Shown piece after piece: positions 48,400-57,876 of a stretch of DNA of 64,000 bases; position 1 is the stretch's first letter, and each line of letters starts with the position of its first letter. Source of the stretch: Alphaproteobacteria bacterium (GTDB lineage: Bacteria > Pseudomonadota > Alphaproteobacteria > GCA-2731375). Where the stretch lies: assembly GCA_965232515.1 (NCBI GenBank), contig CBDDPY010000002.1, forward strand, positions 6,048,001 through 6,112,000, in the 5' to 3' direction. The position numbers and the translations under genes are program-made. Under the pieces are notes generated by a model. It saw only the letters and a list, made by a program, of their open reading frames with translations. It did not search any database and was not told the origin of the DNA.

Positions 48400-49179
48400 T
48401 CAGGCCGGCGGCTCGATCATCGCACGGTAGGCGTGCCAGGTGGCGTGGCCAACCAGCGGGAACGTGACAATCAGGCCAAGATAGCCGAAGGCGATGCCGA
48501 AGCCGGTGATCAGCGCGATCAGCCAGGCCCAGAGCAGCATGACCTTGAAGTTCTGGCGCACGACCTGAACGCTGGTGAGCATCGCGGTGATGGCGTCGAG
48601 GTCGCGGACCATCAGCATCGGCACCGAGATCGCCGACACGGCAAAGGCGATGAAGGCCAGGACGCCGCCCGCGGCGGAACCGATGGCGAGGAAGATCAGC
48701 CCCCTTGGCGTGAACAGGAGCGTCGGCACGAATTCCGACAGCGGCGGATAGTCCGCGCCGTAGAACACGGCGAACAGCAGCGTCGCGACGCGGATCCAGG
48801 CGAGGATGAAGAAGGTTAGCAGGGCGCCGATAAAGGCAAGCTGAGTTGGCGAGGCGGTGGCGACGAAAATCACGTCGCGGGCCAGGATCGGCTGATTGGC
48901 CTCAAGCCGGCGGCTTTTTTCGTAGAGGCCGACCGCCAGCATCGGGCCGATCAGCATGAAGCCCGCCGCCATCGGCAGCACCAGGGGGAACAGATCGAAT
49001 GCCAACAACGCGCCGGTCATGGCGAAGCTGGCGACCGTGACGGCGAGGCCGTAAAGCAGACTGATGCCCGGCGAGCGCCACAGGTCGCGCCAGCCGGCGG
49101 CGAGCCATGTCCAGGGCTGCTCCATATCCACCTTGCGCACGACAGGCGGCGCAGGCGGCGTATAGGTGTCTGTCGTCAC
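48400..49179 (-). CDS. DUF2189 family integral membrane protein
   Basis: PWTWLAAGWRD, GLYEKSRR, PLVGHATWHAY. Confidence 0.9.
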   Translation of the reverse strand: MTTDTYTPPAPPVVRKVDMEQPWTWLAAGWRDLWRSPGISLLYGLAVTVASFAMTGALLAFDLFPLVLPMAAGFMLIGPMLAVGLYEKSRRLEANQPILARDVIFVATASPTQLAFIGALLTFFILAWIRVATLLFAVFYGADYPPLSEFVPTLLFTPRGLIFLAIGSAAGGVLAFIAFAVSAISVPMLMVRDLDAITAMLTSVQVVRQNFKVMLLWAWLIALITGFGIAFGYLGLIVTFPLVGHATWHAYRAMIEPPA

Positions 49180-49255
49180 AGCATGCGTTCCTTTCCCGAT
49201 GCCGAATACCGCTCCAGGTTATGTGCAATCATACGTGATCAGGTCAATCATGGGC

Positions 49256-49269
49256 TTGATTTCACGCAA
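49256..49269. promoter_or_regulatory. Imperfect FNR/FixK site upstream of DUF2189 gene
   Basis: TTGAT-TTCA-CGCAA. Confidence 0.55.
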
Positions 49270-49322
49270 TCCGGGCCAAGGTCTAGCCGGAGACCGAAAT
49301 TGCCCGCACGAGGTGTCCGATC

Positions 49323-49862
49323 ATGCGCCGTCTGCTCCTCGCCATGGCCTTGCTTATCGTCTCTGCGCCGGCGTTCGCCGGTGCGAAATCGGCGCATGAC
49401 TTCAGTTTTACCAGTATCGACGGCGCGCCGCTGCCGCTCGATCGACTATCGGGAAAAGCCGTGCTGGTCGTCAATACCGCGTCATTTTGCGGCTTCACCC
49501 ACCAGTACGCCGACTTGCAGGCCCTTTGGCAGCGGTATCGTGACAAGGGTCTAGTGGTTCTGGGCGTGCCGTCGAACGATTTCGGCGGCCAGGAGCCGGG
49601 AACCGAGGCCGAAATCAAGGAATTCTGCGAGGTCAACTTCGACGTGGACTTCCCGCTGACCGAGAAGGTCAGCGTTCGCGGCGCCAAGGCGCACCCGTTT
49701 TATCAATGGGCCAAGGCCGAGCTGGGGGATGCCGCCGCGCCGCGCTGGAATTTCCACAAATATCTGGTCGCGCCCGATGGCCGGCTCGCCGGATGGTTTT
49801 CGACCCGCGAGCGGCCGGACAGTGAGCGACTGACGTCCGCCATCGACGCCGTGCTGCCTTGA
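49323..49862 (+). CDS. Exported glutathione peroxidase family protein (Cys type)
   Basis: Signal peptide, VNTASFCGFT, PSNDFGGQEPG, WNFHKYLV. Confidence 0.94.
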   Translation: MRRLLLAMALLIVSAPAFAGAKSAHDFSFTSIDGAPLPLDRLSGKAVLVVNTASFCGFTHQYADLQALWQRYRDKGLVVLGVPSNDFGGQEPGTEAEIKEFCEVNFDVDFPLTEKVSVRGAKAHPFYQWAKAELGDAAAPRWNFHKYLVAPDGRLAGWFSTRERPDSERLTSAIDAVLP

Positions 49863-49908
49863 CGTCGCCATTCGTGGACGACAGCTGGCGGCGATCGCCG
49901 GCATGGCC

Positions 49909-49934
49909 TTAAGACAACCTTAACGCGGTTTAAC
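49909..49934 (+). promoter_or_regulatory. CtrA binding site (full site plus extra half-site)
   Basis: TTAA-GACAACC-TTAAC (49909-49924), then a further TTAAC at 49930. Confidence 0.75.
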
Positions 49935-50087
49935 AATAATTGTGATCACCATTTAGGCGTACCCATGTCTGGAGCCGGTCTCGGTGATATTCGCCGCACG
50001 GCACCTGATCGGCTGACAGACCGGGCGCGAGGGCATAGGTATGGTGATGTGCATTCCGCAGTCTGACGAGCTGTCCGGAGCGGTGGA

Positions 50088-51161
50088 TTGACGGCCGCCC
50101 GCGGCGACATAACCGGCGGCCAGGGCTTCACGTCGGTCCGGTTCACGCAGGAACTGCTCGAGCGCGTGCAAAGGCTGCACGAACGCTATCTGAAGGGCAT
50201 TCCGAATGGCCGTCGTTGCGTGCTCTGTATGTGCGATCTCAGCGATCTGGATTTCCGCCAACTCGACTTTTCGGACGCCGAGTTCATTGCCTGCGATTTT
50301 TCCGGCTCGGACTTTCGCGGCGCGACCTTCCGCTCGGCGACGATCTATAGCGCCAAGTTCGACGGGGCCAATCTGGGCGGGGCCGATTTCGAGCGCGCCA
50401 ACCTGCGCGGCGCGACCTTTCAGGACACCAACCTGACGCAGACCTCGTTTGTCGGCGCCGACCTGCGCCGGGCCGGCCAGATCAACCTGGAAGAACTGGT
50501 GCTGACCGACGAAGCGCCGTCCACCTTTCGCGGCGCCCGGCTACGGAAGACGAAACTCGCCGGGGCCAAGCTCAAGGCCGCGGACTTCACGGCGGCGACA
50601 TTGGACTGCACGGACTTCAAGGGCGCCGACCTGCGCGGCACGCAGTTCAAACACGCCGCGTTCGTCGATGCCGAGCTGCGGGGCGCCTATCTGACGGACG
50701 CCGATCTTCGCGGCGCGTCGTTCGAGGGCGTCGACCTCGGCGATGTCGACCTGACCCTGGTGCAAACAAACCCCAAGGCGCCCGAGCCGGCGGAACTGGG
50801 GCGCATGCTGGATGCGCATCAGCAATGGCTTGCCAGCAACGGCCAGGAGGGCGCGCGCGGCGACTTCTCGTCGCTGGATTTGAGCGGCCACATATTCCGG
50901 GGCGCGATGCTGGCGGCGGCGAACCTCGCCGATGCCATTCTGGCGAAGGCGAACCTGCAAAGCGCCAATCTGGCCGCGGCCGATCTGCGTGGCGCCAACC
51001 TGAACGGCGCCGAGCTCGATGACGCGGATCTGCGCGGCGCGGATCTGCGCGACGCTTTCATCTCCGACGAACAGCTCGCCTCGGCGAAGACCGGTCAGTT
51101 GCCTGGTGTCAGCAAGCTGACGCAGACCGACACCGACGAGGGCGCGGCGGGCGGCGATTGA
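50088..51161 (+). CDS. Pentapeptide repeat protein
   Basis: Tandem A(D/N)LxG repeats in two blocks, each preceded by an H-x2-(Y/W)L...G helical cap; TTG start uncertain. Confidence 0.9.
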   Translation: MTAARGDITGGQGFTSVRFTQELLERVQRLHERYLKGIPNGRRCVLCMCDLSDLDFRQLDFSDAEFIACDFSGSDFRGATFRSATIYSAKFDGANLGGADFERANLRGATFQDTNLTQTSFVGADLRRAGQINLEELVLTDEAPSTFRGARLRKTKLAGAKLKAADFTAATLDCTDFKGADLRGTQFKHAAFVDAELRGAYLTDADLRGASFEGVDLGDVDLTLVQTNPKAPEPAELGRMLDAHQQWLASNGQEGARGDFSSLDLSGHIFRGAMLAAANLADAILAKANLQSANLAAADLRGANLNGAELDDADLRGADLRDAFISDEQLASAKTGQLPGVSKLTQTDTDEGAAGGD

Positions 51162-51172
51162 CAGCGACGCGA

Positions 51173-51793
51173 TCAGGGATTTTGCCGGGCGAGCAGCGCC
51201 TTCAGTCGTTTTTCGGCGAGAGAAATTTCCGCCGCGGTCATCCGGGTTTCGAGTTCGGCAACGGCGACCGCGCCATCGCTGCGTCCCAGCAGGCCGGCAT
51301 AGGTCAGCAGGAAATGCGCTTCGACCCGGTCTTCCGGCACCAGCCAACCACGCGCGTACAGCAGCCCCATCTGAATGGCGCAGACCGCGGCCTGGGCCTT
51401 GCCGTGGTCGTCGGCCGATAATCCCTGGGCGGTGACGGCGCGGCCCCAATACAGGCGCGCCGCCAACGCGTCCTCGTCGGCTTCGCTGCCGGCGGAGTAG
51501 TGGAGATAGAGCTCGTACTGAGCGCCGATATGGCCTTGCTCGGCCGCGTGTCGCAGCCAGACGAGGGCCGCCGCCGCGTTCTTGGCGATGCCGTGGCCGC
51601 CCTCTTTTTGCATCACGCCGAGATAGAACTGGGCCCGGGCATCGCCCTGGTCGGCGAGCGGCGTGAATTCGTCGACCGCCCGCAGCCAATTGCCCCGCAA
51701 ATAGGTGTCATAGCCTACATCGAAGTCGGCCAGCGCCGCCGGTGCCTGGATCATCGTCGCAACGGCGGCGCAGAAACCGAGAATTCTGAACAT
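51173..51793 (-). CDS. Exported Sel1/TPR-like repeat protein
   Basis: Signal peptide ALA-D; LADQGDARAQFYLG, AAEQGHIGAQYEL. Confidence 0.88.
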   Translation of the reverse strand: MFRILGFCAAVATMIQAPAALADFDVGYDTYLRGNWLRAVDEFTPLADQGDARAQFYLGVMQKEGGHGIAKNAAAALVWLRHAAEQGHIGAQYELYLHYSAGSEADEDALAARLYWGRAVTAQGLSADDHGKAQAAVCAIQMGLLYARGWLVPEDRVEAHFLLTYAGLLGRSDGAVAVAELETRMTAAEISLAEKRLKALLARQNP

Positions 51794-51870
51794 GACGGCT
51801 CCATGATACCGGGCGATCGCGCGGGCCGGTTGACGCTGGACGTTGCCTGCCGCAGGTTCGCATCTGAGAC

Positions 51871-54828
51871 ATGAGCGGATCAAGAATGCCGACCTCGCCG
51901 TTTATCGACGCCATCGCCACCTGCCCGCCGCCGCACGACCGGGAACGGGTGGCGCGCGCCAGCGAAGATCTGTCGACGGCCGCCGCCGAGGCCGACGGCG
52001 CCGTTGCCGACGCGGTCGCATTGATGCGTGGCGACGCGGCCGGCGAGGCGCTGCTGGCCGCCGTGTTCGGCAACAGCCCGTTTCTGACCCGCACACTGCT
52101 GCGCGAGACCGCGTTTTTTCCGACGCTGCTGTCGGCGTCCGCGGCCGAGACCTTCGCGGCGGTGCTGGCCGAAGTCGACGCGACGCCGGCCGAGGCGGCG
52201 TCGCAGGCCGAGATGACGCGGCGGCTGCGCCTGGCGCGGCGGCGCGTGGCGCTGCTGGTCGCCATGGCCGATATCGCCGGTATGTGGCAGGCGCCTCAGG
52301 TCGTCGAGGCCCTGACGGCATTCGCGGATGCGACCGTGCAGGCCGGGGTGCGCTGGCTCTTGCGGCAGCTTCACGAGAAAGGCGACCTGGCGCTTCCCGA
52401 TCCGGCGGCGGCGGACGTCGGCAGCGGCCTTGCGATCATCGCGATGGGCAAGTTCGGCGCGCACGAGCTGAACTATTCCAGCGATATCGACTTCGTGATG
52501 GTGTTCGACCAGGACGTGACGCCCTATCAGGGCAAGGACACGCCGCAAGCGAGCTTCATCCGGCTCAGCCAGGCCCTCGTCAAGCTGCTGCAGGAGGCCA
52601 CCGCCGACGGCTACGTGTTCCGCACCGACCTCCGGCTGCGGCCGGATCCCGGCGTGACGCCGACGGTGATCTCGATGATGGCGGCGGAGCAGTATTACGA
52701 GAGCATGGGCCAGAACTGGGAGCGGGCGGCGATGATCAAGGCCCGCGCCGCGGCTGGCGACATCCCGGCCGGCGAGGCGTATCTCGCCCGGCTGGCGCCC
52801 TTCATCTGGCGCAAAAACCTGGATTTCGCCGCCATCGAGGACGTGCATTCCATCAAGTCGCAGATCCATGCCCACCGGGGCCTGGGCAAGATCGTCGTGC
52901 CGGGCCAGAACATCAAGCTGGGGCCGGGCGGCATTCGCGATATCGAGTTCTTTGCCCAGACCCAGCAGCTGATCGCCGGCGGCCGCGATCCCGATCTGCG
53001 CCAGCGCGCGACCTGCGGCGCGCTGCGTGCTCTGGCCGAAGCCGGCTGGATCGACGACGGCGTCGCCGACGCCCTGACCGCATGCTATTGGTATCACCGC
53101 CAGGTCGAGCATCGACTGCAGATGGTTGGCGACGAGCAGACCCATTCGCTGCCCGACAGCGACGATGGTCTGACGCATATCGCCCGGTTCATGGGCTATG
53201 ACGACCGGGGCGCGTTCGAGAAAGACCTGCTCGAGCGCCTCAACACCGTTCGTGGCCACTATGCGGCGCTGTTCCAGAAATCGGCGCCGCTGGCCGCCGG
53301 CGGCAATCTGGTCTTCACCGGCACCGAGGACGATCCGGAAACGCTGGAAACGCTGAGCGGCATGGGCTTCGAACGGCCGGACAGCGTGTCGGCCGAGATC
53401 CGGGGCTGGCATCACGGCCGCTATCGCGCCACTCGTAGCACGCGCAGCCGCGAGTTGTTGACCAAGCTGATGCCCGCGTTGCTTGCGACCATGGCGAAGA
53501 CGGCGGATCCGGACGCCACGTTCGGCCGCTTCGGCCGCTTTCTCGAGGGCCTGCCGTCGGGCGTGCAGCTGTTCTCGCTGCTGTTCGCGCACCCCAATCT
53601 GCTCGATCTGATGGCCGCCATCATGGGCGCGGCGCCGCGGCTGGCGAACTATCTGAGCCGCAGCGCGACGGTACTCGACGCCGTGCTGGAGCCGGATTTC
53701 TTCAATCACCTGCCGCCGTGCGAGATCCTCTGCGAGGATCTGCAGGAAGCGTTGCGCACGACGCGCGACTTCGAGGATGTGCTCGATGTCTCGCGTCGCT
53801 GGACGCGCGAACGGCGGTTCCAGCTCGGCGTGCAAGTGCTCAACAACACGACCGACGCGGACACGGCCGGCCGCAATTACGCCGATGTCGCCGAGGCCGT
53901 GATCACGGACCTCTGTCCGCGCGTCGAGGCCGACTTCGCGGCGCGTCATGGCCGGGTGCCAGGCGGTGGCATGGCCGTGCTGGCCATGGGCAAGCTGGGC
54001 GGCCGGGAGATGAGCGCGACGTCCGACCTGGACCTGATCTTCATCTATGACTACGACGCGTCCGCGGCCGAGTCGGATGGCGCCAGGCCGCTTGCCGCAG
54101 GGCACTATTTCACCCGGTTGAGCCAGCGCTTGCTGAACGCGCTGACGGTGCAGACCTCGGAAGGCGCGCTCTATGAGGTCGATATGCGCTTGCGGCCGTC
54201 GGGCAACGCCGGGCCGGTGGCGACGCAACTGGAGACGTTCCAGACCTATCAGCGCGAGCAGGCCTGGACCTGGGAGCATATGGCGTTGACCCGGGCGCGT
54301 GTGGTCGCCGGCCCGCCGGCATTGACGGCGGAAATCGCCGCCACGGTCGACGAGGTGCTGCGGCAGCCGCGCGAGCCGGCGCAGATCGCGACCGATGTTG
54401 TCGACATGCGGACACGCCTTGCCCGGGAGAAGCCGAGCGAGGACCCCTGGGAGCTGAAGCAGGTCCGCGGCGGCCTGATCGATCTCGAATTCATCGCTCA
54501 GTATCTTCAGCTCGTGAACGCCGCGAGCCATCCCGATTGCCTCGACCGCAACACCGGCGAAGCCCTGGCAAAGCTGGGCAAGGTGGGCGTGCTGGAGGCG
54601 GACGTCGCCGGCGAGTTGGTTTCGGCCGTGACCCTGATCCGCGGCCTCACCGGCGTGCTGCGGATCGCCATGGAAGGCCCGTTCGATCCGGAGAAGTCGC
54701 CGCAGGGCCTGCGCGACGTTTTGGCGAAGGTGGCCGGCGAGGCCGACTTCGCCGCCCTCGATCGGCGCTTAAGGGCGACCCAGGCTTTGGTGCACCAGCG
54801 GTTCCGGGAGATCGTCGGGGCAGGCTAA
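51871..54828 (+). CDS. glnE: Bifunctional glutamine synthetase adenylyltransferase/deadenylyltransferase
   Basis: Two NT domains: MGKFGAHELNYSSDID and MGKLGGREMSATSDLD; DLRLRP, DMRLRP. Confidence 0.97.
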   Translation: MSGSRMPTSPFIDAIATCPPPHDRERVARASEDLSTAAAEADGAVADAVALMRGDAAGEALLAAVFGNSPFLTRTLLRETAFFPTLLSASAAETFAAVLAEVDATPAEAASQAEMTRRLRLARRRVALLVAMADIAGMWQAPQVVEALTAFADATVQAGVRWLLRQLHEKGDLALPDPAAADVGSGLAIIAMGKFGAHELNYSSDIDFVMVFDQDVTPYQGKDTPQASFIRLSQALVKLLQEATADGYVFRTDLRLRPDPGVTPTVISMMAAEQYYESMGQNWERAAMIKARAAAGDIPAGEAYLARLAPFIWRKNLDFAAIEDVHSIKSQIHAHRGLGKIVVPGQNIKLGPGGIRDIEFFAQTQQLIAGGRDPDLRQRATCGALRALAEAGWIDDGVADALTACYWYHRQVEHRLQMVGDEQTHSLPDSDDGLTHIARFMGYDDRGAFEKDLLERLNTVRGHYAALFQKSAPLAAGGNLVFTGTEDDPETLETLSGMGFERPDSVSAEIRGWHHGRYRATRSTRSRELLTKLMPALLATMAKTADPDATFGRFGRFLEGLPSGVQLFSLLFAHPNLLDLMAAIMGAAPRLANYLSRSATVLDAVLEPDFFNHLPPCEILCEDLQEALRTTRDFEDVLDVSRRWTRERRFQLGVQVLNNTTDADTAGRNYADVAEAVITDLCPRVEADFAARHGRVPGGGMAVLAMGKLGGREMSATSDLDLIFIYDYDASAAESDGARPLAAGHYFTRLSQRLLNALTVQTSEGALYEVDMRLRPSGNAGPVATQLETFQTYQREQAWTWEHMALTRARVVAGPPALTAEIAATVDEVLRQPREPAQIATDVVDMRTRLAREKPSEDPWELKQVRGGLIDLEFIAQYLQLVNAASHPDCLDRNTGEALAKLGKVGVLEADVAGELVSAVTLIRGLTGVLRIAMEGPFDPEKSPQGLRDVLAKVAGEADFAALDRRLRATQALVHQRFREIVGAG

Positions 54829-56264
54829 GGCTTTTCGCCCTCGCGGCCGTACTGGTCCTCGAAGCGGACGATGTCGTCCTCGCCGAGATAGCTGCCGGAC
54901 TGCACCTCGATCAGCTTCAGCTCGATCATGCCCGGATTGGCGAGGCGGTGCTTGACGCCGATCGGGATATACGTGCTCTCGTTCTCGTGCAGCAGCACGG
55001 TTTCCTCGCCGCGCGTCACGGTGGCCGTGCCCTGGACGACGATCCAGTGCTCGGCGCGATGGTGATGCATCTGCAGCGAGAGCTGGGCGCCCGGCTTGAC
55101 CGCGATATGCTTGACCTGGAAGCGGTCGCCGAAATCGATGCTTTCGTAATAGCCCCAGGGCCGGTAGACCCGGTTATGCACGTCCGTCTCGCTGCGGCCG
55201 TTGGTTTTCAGGTCGTCGACGATGGCGCGCACGTCCTGCACCTTTTCGCGGTCGGCCACCAGGACGGCGTCGTCGGTCTCGACCACCACGACGTTCGACA
55301 GGCCCAGGGCCGCGACCAGACGCTTGTCGGACCTGAGATAGGAGTTCTCGACGTCGTGCGTGACTACGTCGCCAACGGTGACGTTGCCGGCATCGTCCCG
55401 ATCGCCGATCTGCCACAATGCCGACCAGGAGCCGACATCGCTCCAGCCGATATCGGCGGCGACCACGGCGGCATCGGACGTATGCTCCATCACCGCGTAG
55501 TCGATCGAGATCGACGGCGACTTGCCGAAGGCGTCGGCGTCGAGCCGGGTGAACGACAGGTCCTCGGCGCCGCCCGCGAGGGCCGCCCGACAGGCCGAGA
55601 CGATTTCGGGCTGCAGGCGTTCCAGCTCGTCCAGGTATTTAGCGGCCTTGAACACGAACATGCCGCTGTTCCAATAGTAGCCGCCGTCATCCAGGAAGGC
55701 CTGGGCCTTGGCGGCATCGGGCTTCTCGAGGAAGGCCTCGACGGCATAGCAGTCGTCGGCGCTCCCTTTGCCGGCGCCACGCTTGATGTAGCCGTAGCCG
55801 GTCTCGGGTGCGTCCGGCATGATGCCGAAGGTGACCAGCGCGCCGTCATCGGCCAGCGGCACCGTTTTGTCGACGGCCGCGATGAAGGCGTCCTGCTGCA
55901 GAATGGTGTGGTCCGACGGCAGCAGCATCATCAGCGCGTCGGGGTCCCGTTCGCTCAAGGTCAGCGCGGCGACGGCCGCGGCAGGCGCGGTGTTGCGGCC
56001 GACAGGTTCGAGCACGATGGCCGACGGCTCGATCTCGATGGCGCGTAGCTGCTCGGCGATGATGAAGCGGTGGTCGTTGTTGCAGATCACCATCGGCGCG
56101 GCGAACCGGTCGGGATCGGAGACCCGGTCCGCCGTCTCCTGCAACATGGTGCGTTCGCCCGCCAGCGACAGCAATTGCTTCGGGTAGACCTGGCGCGACA
56201 GCGGCCATAGCCGGGTGCCGGACCCGCCGGAGAGGATAACGGGATGGATCTTGCTCGCGGCCAT
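54825..56264 (-). CDS. manC: Mannose-1-phosphate guanylyltransferase/mannose-6-phosphate isomerase
   Basis: GGSGTRLWPLSR, EPVGRNTAPA, WSDVGSW, C-terminal cupin RPWG...HHHRAEHW. Confidence 0.95.
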   Translation of the reverse strand: MAASKIHPVILSGGSGTRLWPLSRQVYPKQLLSLAGERTMLQETADRVSDPDRFAAPMVICNNDHRFIIAEQLRAIEIEPSAIVLEPVGRNTAPAAAVAALTLSERDPDALMMLLPSDHTILQQDAFIAAVDKTVPLADDGALVTFGIMPDAPETGYGYIKRGAGKGSADDCYAVEAFLEKPDAAKAQAFLDDGGYYWNSGMFVFKAAKYLDELERLQPEIVSACRAALAGGAEDLSFTRLDADAFGKSPSISIDYAVMEHTSDAAVVAADIGWSDVGSWSALWQIGDRDDAGNVTVGDVVTHDVENSYLRSDKRLVAALGLSNVVVVETDDAVLVADREKVQDVRAIVDDLKTNGRSETDVHNRVYRPWGYYESIDFGDRFQVKHIAVKPGAQLSLQMHHHRAEHWIVVQGTATVTRGEETVLLHENESTYIPIGVKHRLANPGMIELKLIEVQSGSYLGEDDIVRFEDQYGREGEKP

Positions 56265-56283
56265 CGGAACGCCCCTTCAGGAT

Positions 56284-57870
56284 CTACTCACGCCCCGCTC
56301 GTATATCACATGCGCCTTGCCGGTCCAGTGACATCCAGGCAATCACGGCGCTGCCGATGGCAAGCAGGGTGCTCAGCACCATGACTGCCCGAAAACCGTT
56401 GATAAATGCTTCATTAATCGCGTTTCTGAGGGCATCGGCCAGGTCCGGATCGAGCCCCGCGGGCAATGCCGCGGCGGCCAGCTTGATGCGTTCGGCGTCC
56501 AGCGTCGACAGCACGTCCGGCGGCGGCGCGATGGCCGCGAGACCGGCATCGAGCGCCTGATTGAAAAAGGCGGCCAGGATAATGCCGAACAGGGCGACGG
56601 CGATCAGGCCGCCGACCCGGGCGACGGTATTGTTGATGGCCGAGGCGACGCCGGCCCGGTCGGGACCGGCGGCGTTGAGCGCCACCGTGGTCACGGGCGC
56701 GACGCAGACCCCCATGCCGAGGCCCAGAACCAGGGCGGCGGGGAAGTAGCCGGTCCAGTAGCTGTCGCCGATGCCGGGCACGGCGAACAGCGCGAACCCG
56801 GCGGCCGTGATCAGCGTGCCCGTGACCAGCGGCGGGCGCGGCCCGTATCGGTCGACCAGGCCTCCGGCCCAGCGCGACAGCAGCGAGATCATGGCGACGA
56901 ACGGCAGCATGGCCGCGCCGGCGGCAAACGCGCTGTAGCCTTGCACCTGGATCAAATTGAAGGGCAGAAAGAACAGCGCGCCCTGCAGTCCGGCATAGAG
57001 CGTGAAGGTGAGCGCGTTGACGCCACTAAAGGTGGCCGAGCGAAACATGTCGAGGGGCAGCATCGGCGCGTTCGATACGGCCTCCACCCAGAGGAAGGCG
57101 ACGACGGCGACGAGTCCGAGCAGGAGCGCGCCCCAGACGAGCGGGTGGCCGAACCCGAGACGCACCGAATCCAACAGACCGAAGGTAATGGCGGCGAGCG
57201 CCAGCGTGCCGAGTGCGGCGCCGATCCAGTCCGGCGGCTGACATTCGGCCCGGCTCTCCGGTACCCGCCAGTGGCTGATCGCGAGCGCCAATATCGCCAG
57301 CGGCGGGTTGATGAAGAAAATCCAGCGCCAGGACAGCGCGTCGACGGCCCAGCCGCCGAACACCGGGCCGAGGGAAACGGTGATCGCGGTCGCCGCGGAC
57401 CAGGTGCCGATCGCCCGGCCGCGCCGCTGTTCGGGAAAGCAGGCCGAGATGATAGCGAGGCTGCCGGGGATCATTAGGGCGGCGCCGATGCCCTGTACGG
57501 CCCGCGCCAGGTTCAATTGCAGCGGCGTCATGGCGAGGCCGCAGAGCAGGGACGCGACGGCGAAGATGACGATGCCGAGATTGAAGATACGGCGGCGGCC
57601 ATGCCGGTCGCCGAGCGCGCCGCCGACCATGATCAGCGAGGCCATGAACAGGATGTAGCCCTCGACCACCCATTGCGACTGGGTGATATCGGCGCCGAGA
57701 TCGCGCTGCAACACCGGCAGGGCGACATTGACCACGGTGCTGTCGAGGAAACCCATGCTGGAGGCGATGATCGTCGCCGCCAGCACCCAACGGCCATCCG
57801 GAGCGGTGGCAGTTTCGGGCTCGCGTTGACGGGCCGTCAGTTCGGCCCGGCCGCGAAACCCAAATGCCAT
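56284..57870 (-). CDS. MFS transporter, DHA2 (14-TM) family
   Basis: LDSTVVNVALP, GALGDRHGRR, WRWIFFINPP. Confidence 0.92.
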   Translation of the reverse strand: MAFGFRGRAELTARQREPETATAPDGRWVLAATIIASSMGFLDSTVVNVALPVLQRDLGADITQSQWVVEGYILFMASLIMVGGALGDRHGRRRIFNLGIVIFAVASLLCGLAMTPLQLNLARAVQGIGAALMIPGSLAIISACFPEQRRGRAIGTWSAATAITVSLGPVFGGWAVDALSWRWIFFINPPLAILALAISHWRVPESRAECQPPDWIGAALGTLALAAITFGLLDSVRLGFGHPLVWGALLLGLVAVVAFLWVEAVSNAPMLPLDMFRSATFSGVNALTFTLYAGLQGALFFLPFNLIQVQGYSAFAAGAAMLPFVAMISLLSRWAGGLVDRYGPRPPLVTGTLITAAGFALFAVPGIGDSYWTGYFPAALVLGLGMGVCVAPVTTVALNAAGPDRAGVASAINNTVARVGGLIAVALFGIILAAFFNQALDAGLAAIAPPPDVLSTLDAERIKLAAAALPAGLDPDLADALRNAINEAFINGFRAVMVLSTLLAIGSAVIAWMSLDRQGACDIRAGRE

Positions 57871-57876
57871 GATTGA

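Noticed and set aside
49965-50066. 33-codon upstream ORF before the pentapeptide gene
   Set aside because: No RBS and no recognisable composition; cannot be supported
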